Positions 1 to 9,283 of a stretch of DNA of 53,329 nucleotides are shown here, piece after piece. A program made the translations under genes and the position numbers. How positions within the stretch are numbered: position 1 is the stretch's first letter; each line of letters starts with the position of its first letter. The DNA lies in NCBI RefSeq assembly GCF_043770645.1, contig NZ_JAYVHZ010000202.1; one strand, given 5' to 3'. The notes under the pieces were generated by a model that was not told the DNA's origin, did no database searches, and saw nothing but the letters and a program-made list of their open reading frames with translations. The stretch comes from Undibacterium sp. (GTDB taxonomy: Bacteria > Pseudomonadota > Gammaproteobacteria > Burkholderiales > Burkholderiaceae_D).

Positions 1-156
1 TTTAGCCACATTAGCTACGGGAAAACAGGGATTAGATCAAGTTAAAATCAGTTTTGCAAAGCCACGAACAATTCGATTATGACGGGACGCCGAATGACAG
101 CAAGTAAGATAGGTAGACCAGTTTGCTGGCGTAAGGCGAACAGTCAGAAAATTTAA
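1..156 (+). pseudogene. C-terminal remnant of a REP-associated tyrosine (RAYT/Y1 HUH) transposase
   Basis: Frame 1 reads KATNNSIMTGRRMTASKIGRPVCWRKANSQKI*. This resembles the RAYT C-terminal ATN...GRRxxxxKxGRP tail but has frameshifts and a deletion. It abuts the TCTGACCCC end motif. Confidence 0.5.
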
Positions 157-176
157 TTTGATCTGACCCCAGTTAT
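151..176. repeat. Element end, copy 1 (ATTTAATTTGATCTGACCCCAGTTAT)
   Basis: Its reverse complement matches 3144-3169 at 25/26 nt; 164-176 is also the exact reverse complement of 1367-1379. Confidence 0.85.
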
Positions 177-204
177 CCGAGCAGAGTGCTAGGAAACTGC
201 ATCG

Positions 205-327
205 TTGAGAAATCCTATTCCATGTGCAGATACCGATACCGCAAGACTAGTTAACTCGATAGCACGCGGCCTGAATGATTTTGGTAGTTGGTTAGGTGGC
301 AAAATTCATGATGCAACAAAGAAATAA
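205..327 (+). CDS. Small 40-aa peptide, bacteriocin-like C-terminus (possibly 5'-truncated)
   Basis: TTG start 8 nt after AGGAAA; reads MRNPIPCADTDTARLVNSIARGLNDFGSWLGGKIHDATKK*. Not in the ORF track; lies directly upstream of a CPBP gene. Confidence 0.45.
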   Translation: MRNPIPCADTDTARLVNSIARGLNDFGSWLGGKIHDATKK

Positions 328-458
328 TAATATCTAATTACTATTTATTTGTGAATTTAATATGGGTCGTAGGAATAATCTCTAAAGTTATTTTTGCGAT
401 CCAAATTTCTATAAGGTTCAAGGAATATTGGGGACTTAAACAGATCGTTTTCTAACTT

Positions 459-1343
459 TTGCATAACCTCTATCCTGAATTCCAAATGACCATAAAAATG
501 GAAAAATTAACACGTATATCATTACCGTTCCCCGTAAAAAGTACTAAGGATTTATTAGTCATACTATTTTTTTGCGTGATTTTACAAGCTATATTGCAGA
601 CCTACTTGCCAAAAATATTCCCGCCATATTACCAAACAAGAATTACTCAGTATTTTCAATTCATAAGTCTTATTGCTCTTTGTATTTTCGTACTTAACTT
701 GCGAATAGGAACTTTAGTCCAACAATTGGGGGAACTTCCAAACTTCAGAGATGTAGTACAGTCGATCTTTATTGGCTTAGCCTTATTCGCTTTCACACTT
801 GGTGAAAATGCCTTAGAAGTAATTATTTTTTCTCAATTTAACTTGTCTTCTGCCTATAATCTTTGGAATTTCCACCCTGATCGACATAGTGTACTGAGTT
901 TTTTTACGCCAGCAATTCAATTTAATGTACTTTTACTTGTTGTTATAGGACCCATCGCTGAAGAATTCTTCTTCAGAGGTATGTTATTCACATCGATTGC
1001 TCATAAAAGATCGTACCTCCTTAGCTCGATCTATGTTTCTTTAGTATTTCTATTGCTTCATTTAATGAGTCAATATTTCATTAGTACATTTATCTTTTCG
1101 ATGACATTGTGTTTTTTTTATCTTATAACCCGATCTGTGTATTTATGCGCCATAGTGCATGGCACCTATAACTTTATTGCTTTCATCCATCAACATTATT
1201 TCGATATTCAATACACAAGACCAATTTCTCATATTTCTAAAATTGATTACTGGTTACCTCAACTAGCAATGTTAGTCGCTTCAAGTCTGGTGCTGGGAAT
1301 ACTCTATGTGAAATGGTATCGTAAATTCAAATTATTAGGTTAA
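459..1343 (+). CDS. CPBP family (Abi/CAAX-like) intramembrane metalloprotease
   Basis: Multi-TM protein with PIAEEFFFRG (EExxxR), FLLLH (FxxxH) and HGTYN (HxxxN) motifs; the true start may be ATG 486. Confidence 0.9.
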   Translation: MHNLYPEFQMTIKMEKLTRISLPFPVKSTKDLLVILFFCVILQAILQTYLPKIFPPYYQTRITQYFQFISLIALCIFVLNLRIGTLVQQLGELPNFRDVVQSIFIGLALFAFTLGENALEVIIFSQFNLSSAYNLWNFHPDRHSVLSFFTPAIQFNVLLLVVIGPIAEEFFFRGMLFTSIAHKRSYLLSSIYVSLVFLLLHLMSQYFISTFIFSMTLCFFYLITRSVYLCAIVHGTYNFIAFIHQHYFDIQYTRPISHISKIDYWLPQLAMLVASSLVLGILYVKWYRKFKLLG

Positions 1344-1366
1344 TTGACTCACCCATTAATAGCTGA

Positions 1367-1379
1367 ATAACTGGGGTCA
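1367..1379. repeat. Element end, partial copy 2 (ATAACTGGGGTCA)
   Basis: Perfect 13-bp inverted match to 164-176, located 23 nt after the CPBP stop. Confidence 0.75.
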
Positions 1380-1792
1380 CCCATTAGCCCCCGGTAGTCA
1401 AGTAGTCGAAACAAATACTCGCAAAAAAATGCGATCAATTTTCTGCGCCACCACACGCCTGTTTCAAAATGTCATCGTGCTTTTTGCTTCGCCGTGTGGT
1501 TGCGTTTGAATCGCACTAGTCATCCATGTGGTTCTAGCGAAAATGATGTTGCTGTTTTCGCCCAAGTAGCATTGCTACTCCAGAAGCATCTCAGTACCGC
1601 TTAGCGTCCAAGTGATGGGCAGATCTGTGGCTACCAATCCAACCCAGTGTGGCTCGCATTGCAGACGACTCATTTTAAACAAACTCATGTGATGGCAAAT
1701 ACTGCGTGTCGAATCAGTTCAGATGGTTTTGTATCCAACCCCAATTGCCAATTGCGTGCGTGGCTTGATTTTACGGGAGGGCTACACGCCCT

Positions 1793-2980
1793 TTATGACC
1801 CTTTGAAACCGACTGGTCTCGTTTTGACATCATGCAGATCGAAAAGCTGAATTTGATTGAGACGATCATAACAATCGCTGGCATTGGAAGGTATTCCAAT
1901 TTTTAGTCTTTGATCATTGGACATGATTTGCGCATGATTCACCAATACACGCATTTTGCTAATCAAATCTGCCGTATACAAAAGATGTCCCAAGGGCGTC
2001 CATTCGATCACTTTTCCGTTGCTTGATTGTTGTTGTAGCGCCTCGGTAACGAAGGGGGGGAATTCCCAACGTTCAGCAATGCGGTGGGATAGCGTAGCAG
2101 CGACTTGGGCGAAAGAAAGCCGAAAATTGTTGGAGTATTTAAATTTGGGTTCTTCGCAGACCTGATCGAGGACACGAAAAGCGATGATCATCCCTATGTT
2201 TTTCATTAACCCCGTTAGAAAAGCTTGGAATGGACTAACGCCGGCTTCCGTTGCGAGATGATGACTGGCGATTGCGCATTTTTCGGACTGCTCCCAAAGA
2301 TGTATCGCGGCACGCCGTGTATATGGACCGGAATGGAGGTTAATAATCGGGTTAAATACGACCTTAGAGATGAGCAAGCGCAAACCGTCTTCACCTAGCA
2401 TCATGATGGCACTTTCTAGACTATTGATTCGATCCGCAGGGTTATATCTTGCACTATTGACGACTTTAATAACCGAGCCAACAAGAGCCGGATCTTTCAA
2501 GATTTGCTGCGAAAGTTCGGTGATTGATATCGATTTATTGCGTAAGCTTCGGAGTAATTGCGGGATGACACTTGGCATCCTTGGAACCAACACGGCATCA
2601 TTCAGATCCGAGGTGAGTAATTCTTTTAAGGCCTTTAAGACTTTTCTCTCAGTCGCTAGATTACTACCCTCACCAGGGTGTCCCATCAGCCAGTCAAAGT
2701 AGGCGGCTTCAATGGGAATAGTGGGCGCCCAAATAACCAAGGACGGGTGGACTGGTGTCGCCGTTGTCTCAGTATAAACTTCGGATGCGACAAGTTGAGT
2801 AGTGGTATCGACCGGATCTGCTAAAGTGACTTTATCTGAGTTGAGCTCCAGTTCCTTGGCGCTTGGTTCAGCAGGTTTTGCTTCTAGTTTGATTTCTCTG
2901 GCCGGTGTCTCGCTACCACCACCTTCACTTGAAAAACCGAACCAGCGAAGGAAAATGCTATTGAATCTGCTCACCATCAC
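1793..2980 (-). CDS. HDOD domain-containing signal protein
   Basis: PRMPSVIPQLL, DPALVGSVIKVVNS, AIMMLG and FLTGLMKNIG match the HDOD pattern. Confidence 0.85.
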   Translation of the reverse strand: MMVSRFNSIFLRWFGFSSEGGGSETPAREIKLEAKPAEPSAKELELNSDKVTLADPVDTTTQLVASEVYTETTATPVHPSLVIWAPTIPIEAAYFDWLMGHPGEGSNLATERKVLKALKELLTSDLNDAVLVPRMPSVIPQLLRSLRNKSISITELSQQILKDPALVGSVIKVVNSARYNPADRINSLESAIMMLGEDGLRLLISKVVFNPIINLHSGPYTRRAAIHLWEQSEKCAIASHHLATEAGVSPFQAFLTGLMKNIGMIIAFRVLDQVCEEPKFKYSNNFRLSFAQVAATLSHRIAERWEFPPFVTEALQQQSSNGKVIEWTPLGHLLYTADLISKMRVLVNHAQIMSNDQRLKIGIPSNASDCYDRLNQIQLFDLHDVKTRPVGFKGS

Positions 2981-3143
2981 TTGCCTTTCATTGCTTGTAC
3001 TCTAATGCGATTGGACAAACCATCAAGATGTCTGAATGAAGCGGAAGTTGCTGCTTGTATTGTAGCCCGAGTTTAAATTGGCAGTACACCAAAAAATGAC
3101 GGAGATGCCGCAAGTACGAAGTCCTCCCGAGTATAACTGAAGT

Positions 3144-3169
3144 ATAACTGGGGTCAGATTAAATTAAAT
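3144..3169. repeat. Element end, copy 3 (ATAACTGGGGTCAGATTAAATTAAAT)
   Basis: Inverted match to 151-176; preceded by a local duplication AGTATAACTG-A-AGTATAACTG. Confidence 0.85.
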
Positions 3170-3211
3170 GCAGCCAACCTGATAGCTGGGGCAGGTAAAA
3201 TTTGAGTGCGC

Positions 3212-3261
3212 GCCAACACTCCACAGCACATAATTCATCGCGGAATAATCGACAAGCGTAT
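3212..3261 (+). pseudogene. N-terminal remnant of a RAYT/Y1 transposase
   Basis: Reads ANTPQHIIHRG then, after a 1-nt frameshift, NNRQA; this matches the RAYT N-terminal PxHIIQRGNNRQ motif. Confidence 0.65.
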
Positions 3262-3359
3262 CAAATTAGACCACAACCAAATTTCTCCATGCTTGGATAA
3301 TTTGACATTGAGCTGTGTTAGTCTTTCGTGCAGAAAAATCATAACGTCGAAGGTATAAC

Positions 3360-5597
3360 ATGAATTTCACGCCATTCAATCGGAAGAATATCCTAGCAAT
3401 TACGCTTTCCTTACCAACTAAAAAACTCGCCGTATTCGGGTTTCTATTTTGTACCACATTCACGATAGCGCTCGCTCACAGCGCGCCAGCCACCAATACT
3501 AAAGACCTTGCCCGTTGGCAAGCCACTGCCAAACAAGTCACGATTTCTCGCGACCAATGGGGTATTCCGCATGTCGCCGGTAAGAGTGATGCGGATGCAG
3601 TGTTTGGTCTTTTGTATGCACAAGCCGAGGACGATTTCAAACGCATCGAACTCAACTACATTAATGCGCTAGGACGGCTGTCTGAAGTCGAGGGCGAGGC
3701 TGAAATTTGGCGTGATTTGCGCATGAAGTTGTTTATACAGCCAGCCGAATTGAAGGCGCAATATGCGAAGAGCCCGGCGTGGTTAAAACAATTGATGAAC
3801 GCTTTTGCCGACGGTCTCAATTATTATTTGCACACCCATCCCGAGGTCAAACCGCGCTTGATCACCCATTTCGAACCATGGATGGCACTGGCATTTAGCG
3901 AAGGCAGTATTGGCGGCGATATCGAGACAGTCAATCTCAAGGATTTGAACGCCCTGTATGGCGATAAATTGGAATCCCTCAGTCTGGCGCAGTCGCCAAT
4001 CTTGCCCGAACCACGTGGCTCCAATGGCTTTGCGATTGCGCCTAAACTCAGCGCCAATGGTCAGGCGATGTTACTCATCAATCCCCACACGTCTTTTTAT
4101 TTCCGACCTGAAGTCCATGTCCGCAGTGAACAAGGCTTGAATGCCTATGGTGCGGTGACTTGGGGACAGTTTTTTGTATATCAGGGATTTAATCAATACA
4201 ACGGCTGGATGCATACTTCCAACGCCGCGGACGTGATCGATGAATTTGCGCTCAATATCACCAAAAAAGGGGATAAGGTTTTTTACACCTACGAAGGCCA
4301 ATTGCGCCCCTTAAAGATGGTCGAACAAACCATCCCTTATCGTTCATCGACGGGTATGGTCTCGCGTAAAGTGAAAACCTATTTTAGTCATCATGGCCCC
4401 GTGGTACGCGAAGCCAATGGTAAATGGATCGCGGTGCAATTGATGAATGAACCGATGAAGGCGTTGATGCAATCCTACCTGCGCACCAAGACGCGGGATT
4501 ACGCGGGCTTCGCTAAAGTCATGGATCTGCGCGCTAACTCGTCGAATAACACCGTGTATGCCGACAAGGATGGCAACATCGCCTATTTCCATGGCGACTT
4601 CGTGCCACGGCGCAATCCTCAACTCGATTGGACCCAACCGGTCGATGGCAGCAAGCGTAACGCCGATTGGCAAGGATTGCACGAGGTCAAAGACATTATT
4701 CACCTACTCAATCCAAAAAGCGGTTGGATACAAAACACTAATAATTGGCCATTCTCTGCGGCCGGTGTAGGCGCTGATGGCAGCAGCCCAAGTCAAAAAG
4801 ATTACCCGCGCTATATGTGGACCAATGGTGAGAACGCGCGCGGTCAGCATGCCGTCAAAGTATTACAAAATGCAAATCAACTGAATTTAGATAGTCTCAT
4901 CAAGTTAGCCTATGACAGTGAATTAACCGCTTTCGAAACCCTCTTACCACCTTTATTCAAAGCCTACGACGCCACGCCTGAGCCTGCCTTGGCCGAACAA
5001 ATCAAGAGTCTGCGAAACTGGGATTTACGCGCCACGATCAATTCGACCGCGACCTCATTAGCCATCTATTGGGCGCAGGATTTAGTCGCCCAACATAGCA
5101 AAGAAGCAGGTCATAAGCGCATTCCGGTAGTCGACTATCTACCAAGTTTGCCAGCCCCCGCCTTACTTGCGGCCTTGCAGCGCGCCAGCAATCGCCTGCA
5201 AAACGACTTTGGCAATTGGCAAACCGCTTGGGGTGACATTAACCGTTTTCAACGCTTGAGCGGCGATATTCATGCCAACTACGACGACAGCAAGCCGAGC
5301 TGGCCAGTCGCCTTCGCCTCCGGCAATTGGGGCGCTTTAGCCTCCTTCGGAATGACGGCAAAACAGACCACAAAGCGTATCTACGGTGACCGTGGTAATA
5401 GTTTTGTGGCGGTAGTCTCCTTCGGTCCACGCCTACAGGCGAAGAGTATTTTGGCAGGCGGCAATAGCGGTGATCCAAATTCGTCGCATTTCAATGATCA
5501 GAGTGAGATGTATAGCAAGGGAGAGTTTAAAGACGTCCTGTTTTATCCAGAAGACATAGCGAAAAACACCAAGCGCAAATATCATCCGGGGCAATAA
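3360..5597 (+). CDS. Penicillin acylase family Ntn-hydrolase (secreted)
   Basis: Signal peptide, RDQWGIPHV, beta-chain start SNGFAIAP, LLINPH, YADKDGNIAY and GNSGDPNSSHFNDQ. Confidence 0.93.
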   Translation: MNFTPFNRKNILAITLSLPTKKLAVFGFLFCTTFTIALAHSAPATNTKDLARWQATAKQVTISRDQWGIPHVAGKSDADAVFGLLYAQAEDDFKRIELNYINALGRLSEVEGEAEIWRDLRMKLFIQPAELKAQYAKSPAWLKQLMNAFADGLNYYLHTHPEVKPRLITHFEPWMALAFSEGSIGGDIETVNLKDLNALYGDKLESLSLAQSPILPEPRGSNGFAIAPKLSANGQAMLLINPHTSFYFRPEVHVRSEQGLNAYGAVTWGQFFVYQGFNQYNGWMHTSNAADVIDEFALNITKKGDKVFYTYEGQLRPLKMVEQTIPYRSSTGMVSRKVKTYFSHHGPVVREANGKWIAVQLMNEPMKALMQSYLRTKTRDYAGFAKVMDLRANSSNNTVYADKDGNIAYFHGDFVPRRNPQLDWTQPVDGSKRNADWQGLHEVKDIIHLLNPKSGWIQNTNNWPFSAAGVGADGSSPSQKDYPRYMWTNGENARGQHAVKVLQNANQLNLDSLIKLAYDSELTAFETLLPPLFKAYDATPEPALAEQIKSLRNWDLRATINSTATSLAIYWAQDLVAQHSKEAGHKRIPVVDYLPSLPAPALLAALQRASNRLQNDFGNWQTAWGDINRFQRLSGDIHANYDDSKPSWPVAFASGNWGALASFGMTAKQTTKRIYGDRGNSFVAVVSFGPRLQAKSILAGGNSGDPNSSHFNDQSEMYSKGEFKDVLFYPEDIAKNTKRKYHPGQ

Positions 5598-5627
5598 CAA
5601 TTACGTAAAGTGAAGCGCGACAGCACC

Positions 5628-5665
5628 TCTACACAGCACAGCCTATTTTGCTTGTGCTGTGTAGA
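5628..5665 (+). terminator. Hairpin after the acylase (probable terminator)
   Basis: 13-bp perfect stem TCTACACAGCACA/TGTGCTGTGTAGA; the U-tract is weak. Confidence 0.55.
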
Positions 5666-5838
5666 TCGTATTGGATAGAAATTTAGTATTTTTGGTCGTG
5701 CAATACCTTTAATTCAAAAACTGATTTCGGTATTTGGAAGTTTGAGTTTGCGCTATCACAAAGAAATTTGCTTTGCCTAATTCGTAGCCTCTAGATCAGG
5801 CTATGATCGTTGAAAAATTTTCAAGCAAAGGAATTTTC

Positions 5839-6015
5839 ATGCATAGCAAAGACAATGGAGATTGGCTCTCCGCACAACAAGCAGTGCGCCCCGATGGGAC
5901 CGAAGTCACAAATTTACCACTAATCAATAAGAAACTGCCGCCCTTGAGTCAGTCGCCATCCTCAGGTGAACTTGAGCCTGATCAACACGCTTCTATCACG
6001 GAAGTTAAAGAGTAA
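5839..6015 (+). CDS. Small hypothetical protein
   Basis: AAGGAA RBS before ATG 5839; no recognisable motif. Confidence 0.4.
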   Translation: MHSKDNGDWLSAQQAVRPDGTEVTNLPLINKKLPPLSQSPSSGELEPDQHASITEVKE

Positions 6016-6302
6016 GGCTCTGCCGCTATCTTCGGCACGTCATCTACAAAAAAGTCCAGTTAAATTGGCTGGATTAAAACAGCCCTATGTTACCGCTTTC
6101 GTCTACCTTGGCGTTGCAGCTAGGGCTCGCCATTGTATCAATGCGCAATCAACCTAGGTGCTTGAGTTTATCTCGCCGCATCACTGTCAACACATCACCA
6201 CCGATTTGAGACATCGACACCTGATTAAAATCGCTCGGTATGTGCTTTGCGCTTACTATGCTGTAATCAGCGGTTCTGACAAAGATACATAGTGGAGATG
6301 TA

Positions 6303-7679
6303 ATGAGCGAAAACCACAAGAGCTTCACAGAGATTACTACGCGCGAAACGGGTCTGCAGCGGCATTTGAGTCGTCGTCAGATGACCATGATCGCCTTGGG
6401 TGGTGCGATCGGCACAGGCTTGTTTTTGGGCAGTGGGTTTGCGATCAGTTTTGCCGGGCCTAGTGTACTAATCAGTTATGCGATTGGCGCGGTGATTGCC
6501 TTGCTTTTGATTGCCAGTTTGGCAGAGATGACGGTGGCACATCCTGGTGGCGGGTCGTTTGGCGCACTTGCCGAACACTATGTCCATCCACTCGCCGGAT
6601 TTTTGATCCGCTATGCGTATTGGGCGGCGAATGTACTCGTGATTGGTACCGAAGTCACAGCCATTGCGCTATACATGCAGTATTGGTTTCCTGATTCGCC
6701 GGGATGGTTTTGGATAGCTGGATTTTCGGCTTGTTTGGTCGTTGCTAACGCGATGAGTGTCAAAGTGTTTGGCACGATCGAGTATTGGTTCTCAAGTGTC
6801 AAAGTGATCGCCATTATGGCTTTTATTTTGCTCGGCTCGTATCTCCTAGTCAGTGCACCGCCGACTCGTGACATTGGTTTTCATCATTATGTCAGCCACG
6901 GTGGTTTCTTCCCTAAAGGTGGCTGGGGAATGTGGCTGGCGGTGATTGTGGCTTTGTTCAGTTATTTGAGTATAGAAATGATTGCCGTGGCCGCTGGCGA
7001 AGCTGAAAATCCAGAACAGGCAATTACGGGTGCGTTTCGCTCTGCCCTGTTGCGTTTGGTGATTTTTTATATGCTGACTCTGGCTTTGGTGTTAGCGATT
7101 GTGCCGTGGACGCAGGCAGGTCAAGATAAAAGTCCATTCGTCACAACCATGGAAGCCTTGCAGATACCCGGCGCGGCGGGGTTGATTAATTTTGTGATTT
7201 TGATTGCTGCCCTGTCGGCGATGAATAGCCAGCTCTATGCGGCGACTAGAATGATGTTTAGTTTGGCGCGTGGTGGATTTGCACCGGCCGGATTAGGGCA
7301 TTTAAATCGCCAAGGATCACCGATGCGGGCACTCATTTTGTCTTGTGCGGGGATTGCCATCGCTACCCTACTGAGTGTGATTTATCCAAGTAATGCGTTT
7401 ATGTTGATGATGGCGATCTCGATGTTTGGCGGGATGTTTACTTGGTTGATGATCTTTGTCACGCATTATTTCTTCCGCCGTTCTTGGGATCGTGCGGGTA
7501 AGGATCGATTGGCGTTTCGGATGTGGGGTTTTCCTTGGCTGACCTTGCTGGGGGCGGGTTTGATGTTGGCTTTGATGGTCACCACGGCATTCACGCAGGA
7601 GTTCGCAATGACTTTGGCAACTGGGATTCCGTTTTTGATTGTCCTATGTATCTTCTATTTTGTCAGATATCGAAAATGA
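6303..7679 (+). CDS. Amino acid permease (APC superfamily, AAT family)
   Basis: MIALGGAIGTGLFLGSG, FGTIEYWFSSVKV, AAGEAENP; about 12 TM helices. Confidence 0.95.
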   Translation: MSENHKSFTEITTRETGLQRHLSRRQMTMIALGGAIGTGLFLGSGFAISFAGPSVLISYAIGAVIALLLIASLAEMTVAHPGGGSFGALAEHYVHPLAGFLIRYAYWAANVLVIGTEVTAIALYMQYWFPDSPGWFWIAGFSACLVVANAMSVKVFGTIEYWFSSVKVIAIMAFILLGSYLLVSAPPTRDIGFHHYVSHGGFFPKGGWGMWLAVIVALFSYLSIEMIAVAAGEAENPEQAITGAFRSALLRLVIFYMLTLALVLAIVPWTQAGQDKSPFVTTMEALQIPGAAGLINFVILIAALSAMNSQLYAATRMMFSLARGGFAPAGLGHLNRQGSPMRALILSCAGIAIATLLSVIYPSNAFMLMMAISMFGGMFTWLMIFVTHYFFRRSWDRAGKDRLAFRMWGFPWLTLLGAGLMLALMVTTAFTQEFAMTLATGIPFLIVLCIFYFVRYRK

Positions 7680-7728
7680 GCTTGGTATACGATCAAAATT
7701 GATTCAATCACGGACGAGATTGGTGACT

Positions 7729-8535
7729 ATGCGACGTTTTCTCAAACAAATTTCCTTTACCTTATTGCTGTCATGTTCTGTAACTACGACTGCAACCGCG
7801 GCGGTCGATGCCGGTAAAACCTCGGCCACCACGATCACTGTGTATCTTCAAGAAACTTTAGATACCAACGGTAATTTGCAGCCAACCTCAAAAGGTCTAT
7901 TGAAGTTCTTTCAATTTTTGGAACGTGAAACGGGTTTGCATTTGCAACCAGTTTCAGTACCTTGGAATCGCGCCAAATTGATGACTTTAGAGGGCAAAGG
8001 AATTATATGGGGTTTTTCCAAATCACCAGAACGCCTGCTGTCGTATCGCTATTCGCAGACTGTTTTTAGCTCAAGAATTTGGGCAATTGCTTATGGCGAA
8101 CCGCATTTACATTTGCGTTCTATTAGTGATTTACAAGGTAAAGTTGTTAGTGTCGAGCGCGGGGTCAGCCATGGTATGGAATTCGAACTAGCCAAAAATA
8201 AGGTCTTTAGAATCGATGAAGATTCGGCACAAGCCTCTGCCAGATTTAAAAAACTCATCGCCAAACGCTCGGATGTATTGCTTTGGGGATTGGCGCAATT
8301 TGATCGTCCTGACCTGTTCTTAACATATCTGCACAAGACTTATATCCCAGAATTAGCCGATCCAGAATTGCTGGGTAAGACGTTTTACGTTTCAGATAAG
8401 CCATTGTTTTATGACTCAATACATTTTGCCAGTGGCAAAACGCACTTTGAAATTGAGATGCAGAAAATTGATGCAGCGATTAAACGTGGATTTAAAACTG
8501 GTGAGTTGACGCGATTGGTAGCGACCTTAGATTGA
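7729..8535 (+). CDS. Periplasmic substrate-binding protein, family 3-like
   Basis: Signal peptide, VPWNRA, KSPER, DLQGKVV; start moved to the ATG at the signal peptide. Confidence 0.8.
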   Translation: MRRFLKQISFTLLLSCSVTTTATAAVDAGKTSATTITVYLQETLDTNGNLQPTSKGLLKFFQFLERETGLHLQPVSVPWNRAKLMTLEGKGIIWGFSKSPERLLSYRYSQTVFSSRIWAIAYGEPHLHLRSISDLQGKVVSVERGVSHGMEFELAKNKVFRIDEDSAQASARFKKLIAKRSDVLLWGLAQFDRPDLFLTYLHKTYIPELADPELLGKTFYVSDKPLFYDSIHFASGKTHFEIEMQKIDAAIKRGFKTGELTRLVATLD

Positions 8536-8652
8536 AAATAATGCAGCGCTCTGGTTCTCTTGCCCCTACTTTCAGCAAACAAGCGCGTGGCGTGCTTACA
8601 TCGTAAAAGGACAAGAGAGATCATTCTCAGAAGACTGTTACTAACGTTAGGT

Positions 8653-8921
8653 TAGGGTCTGTTAACATTTAAATCGGGAGATGCGTTCAAGCCAAAAGGT
8701 GCGATGGCAAGGCGTAGTTCGCCGCCGAGGCTGATGCCTCGGCAAGAGCTACAACGCTGTCCATCGCGCGTTTTGGCTTGAACCCTTCGGGAATGGGTAA
8801 AACGGGCGCATGGCGTTGTTGCAAGTCGCTTACAGTGCTCGCACTGCGGCGCGCCTTGACGCCTAGCCCTGCGCCCGTTTTTCCGCATTCGCACTCCCGA
8901 TTTAAATGTTAACAGACCCTA
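8653..8921. mobile_element. MITE (269 bp) with 28-bp perfect terminal inverted repeats
   Basis: TAGGGTCTGTTAACATTTAAATCGGGAG at 8653-8680 and its exact reverse complement at 8894-8921; TA at both ends; structured non-coding interior. Confidence 0.9.
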
Positions 8922-9144
8922 GTCAAGCAGGCAATTTCACCGCCATCACATCCTCTACCTGAGGCGCTTTAACCGACTTACCCAGTTCCTGGTTAAGTTG
9001 ACCATTCTAGAAATGGTGAAACCGGATGCCCAGTGACATGAAAGCAATGGTGTACCGAACTATCCTTGTGTCCATTATCAAGAGCGACTTGGCGAGCGGC
9101 TATTGTGGATAAGCGCATTGCAGTTTTCACTTAGCCTCACTATT

Positions 9145-9176
9145 TCCGCATTTCAAGCCGCGCTCTCCGCAGCTCA
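9145..9176 (+). promoter_or_regulatory. 21-bp-period direct repeat (LytTR-type site candidate)
   Basis: TCCGCATTTCA (9145) and TCCGCAGCTCA (9166), about 110 nt upstream of the GIN gene. Confidence 0.4.
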
Positions 9177-9283
9177 TCGCTTTGTCATAGTGAACGGCGT
9201 GTGGCTTCGATACAGTGCTGTTCTTGTAGTCTTCAGTGCTGATTTTTCAGCGCACGATTAATCTCCTTTTTGAAAGAAAACCC

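Noticed and set aside
1390-1790. Possible ncRNA or gene between the CPBP and HDOD genes
   Set aside because: No convincing ORF, stem pattern or known RNA motif could be identified by eye.
8652-8894. 80-aa ORF
   Set aside because: It lies wholly within the MITE, is Arg-rich and has no transposase motif.
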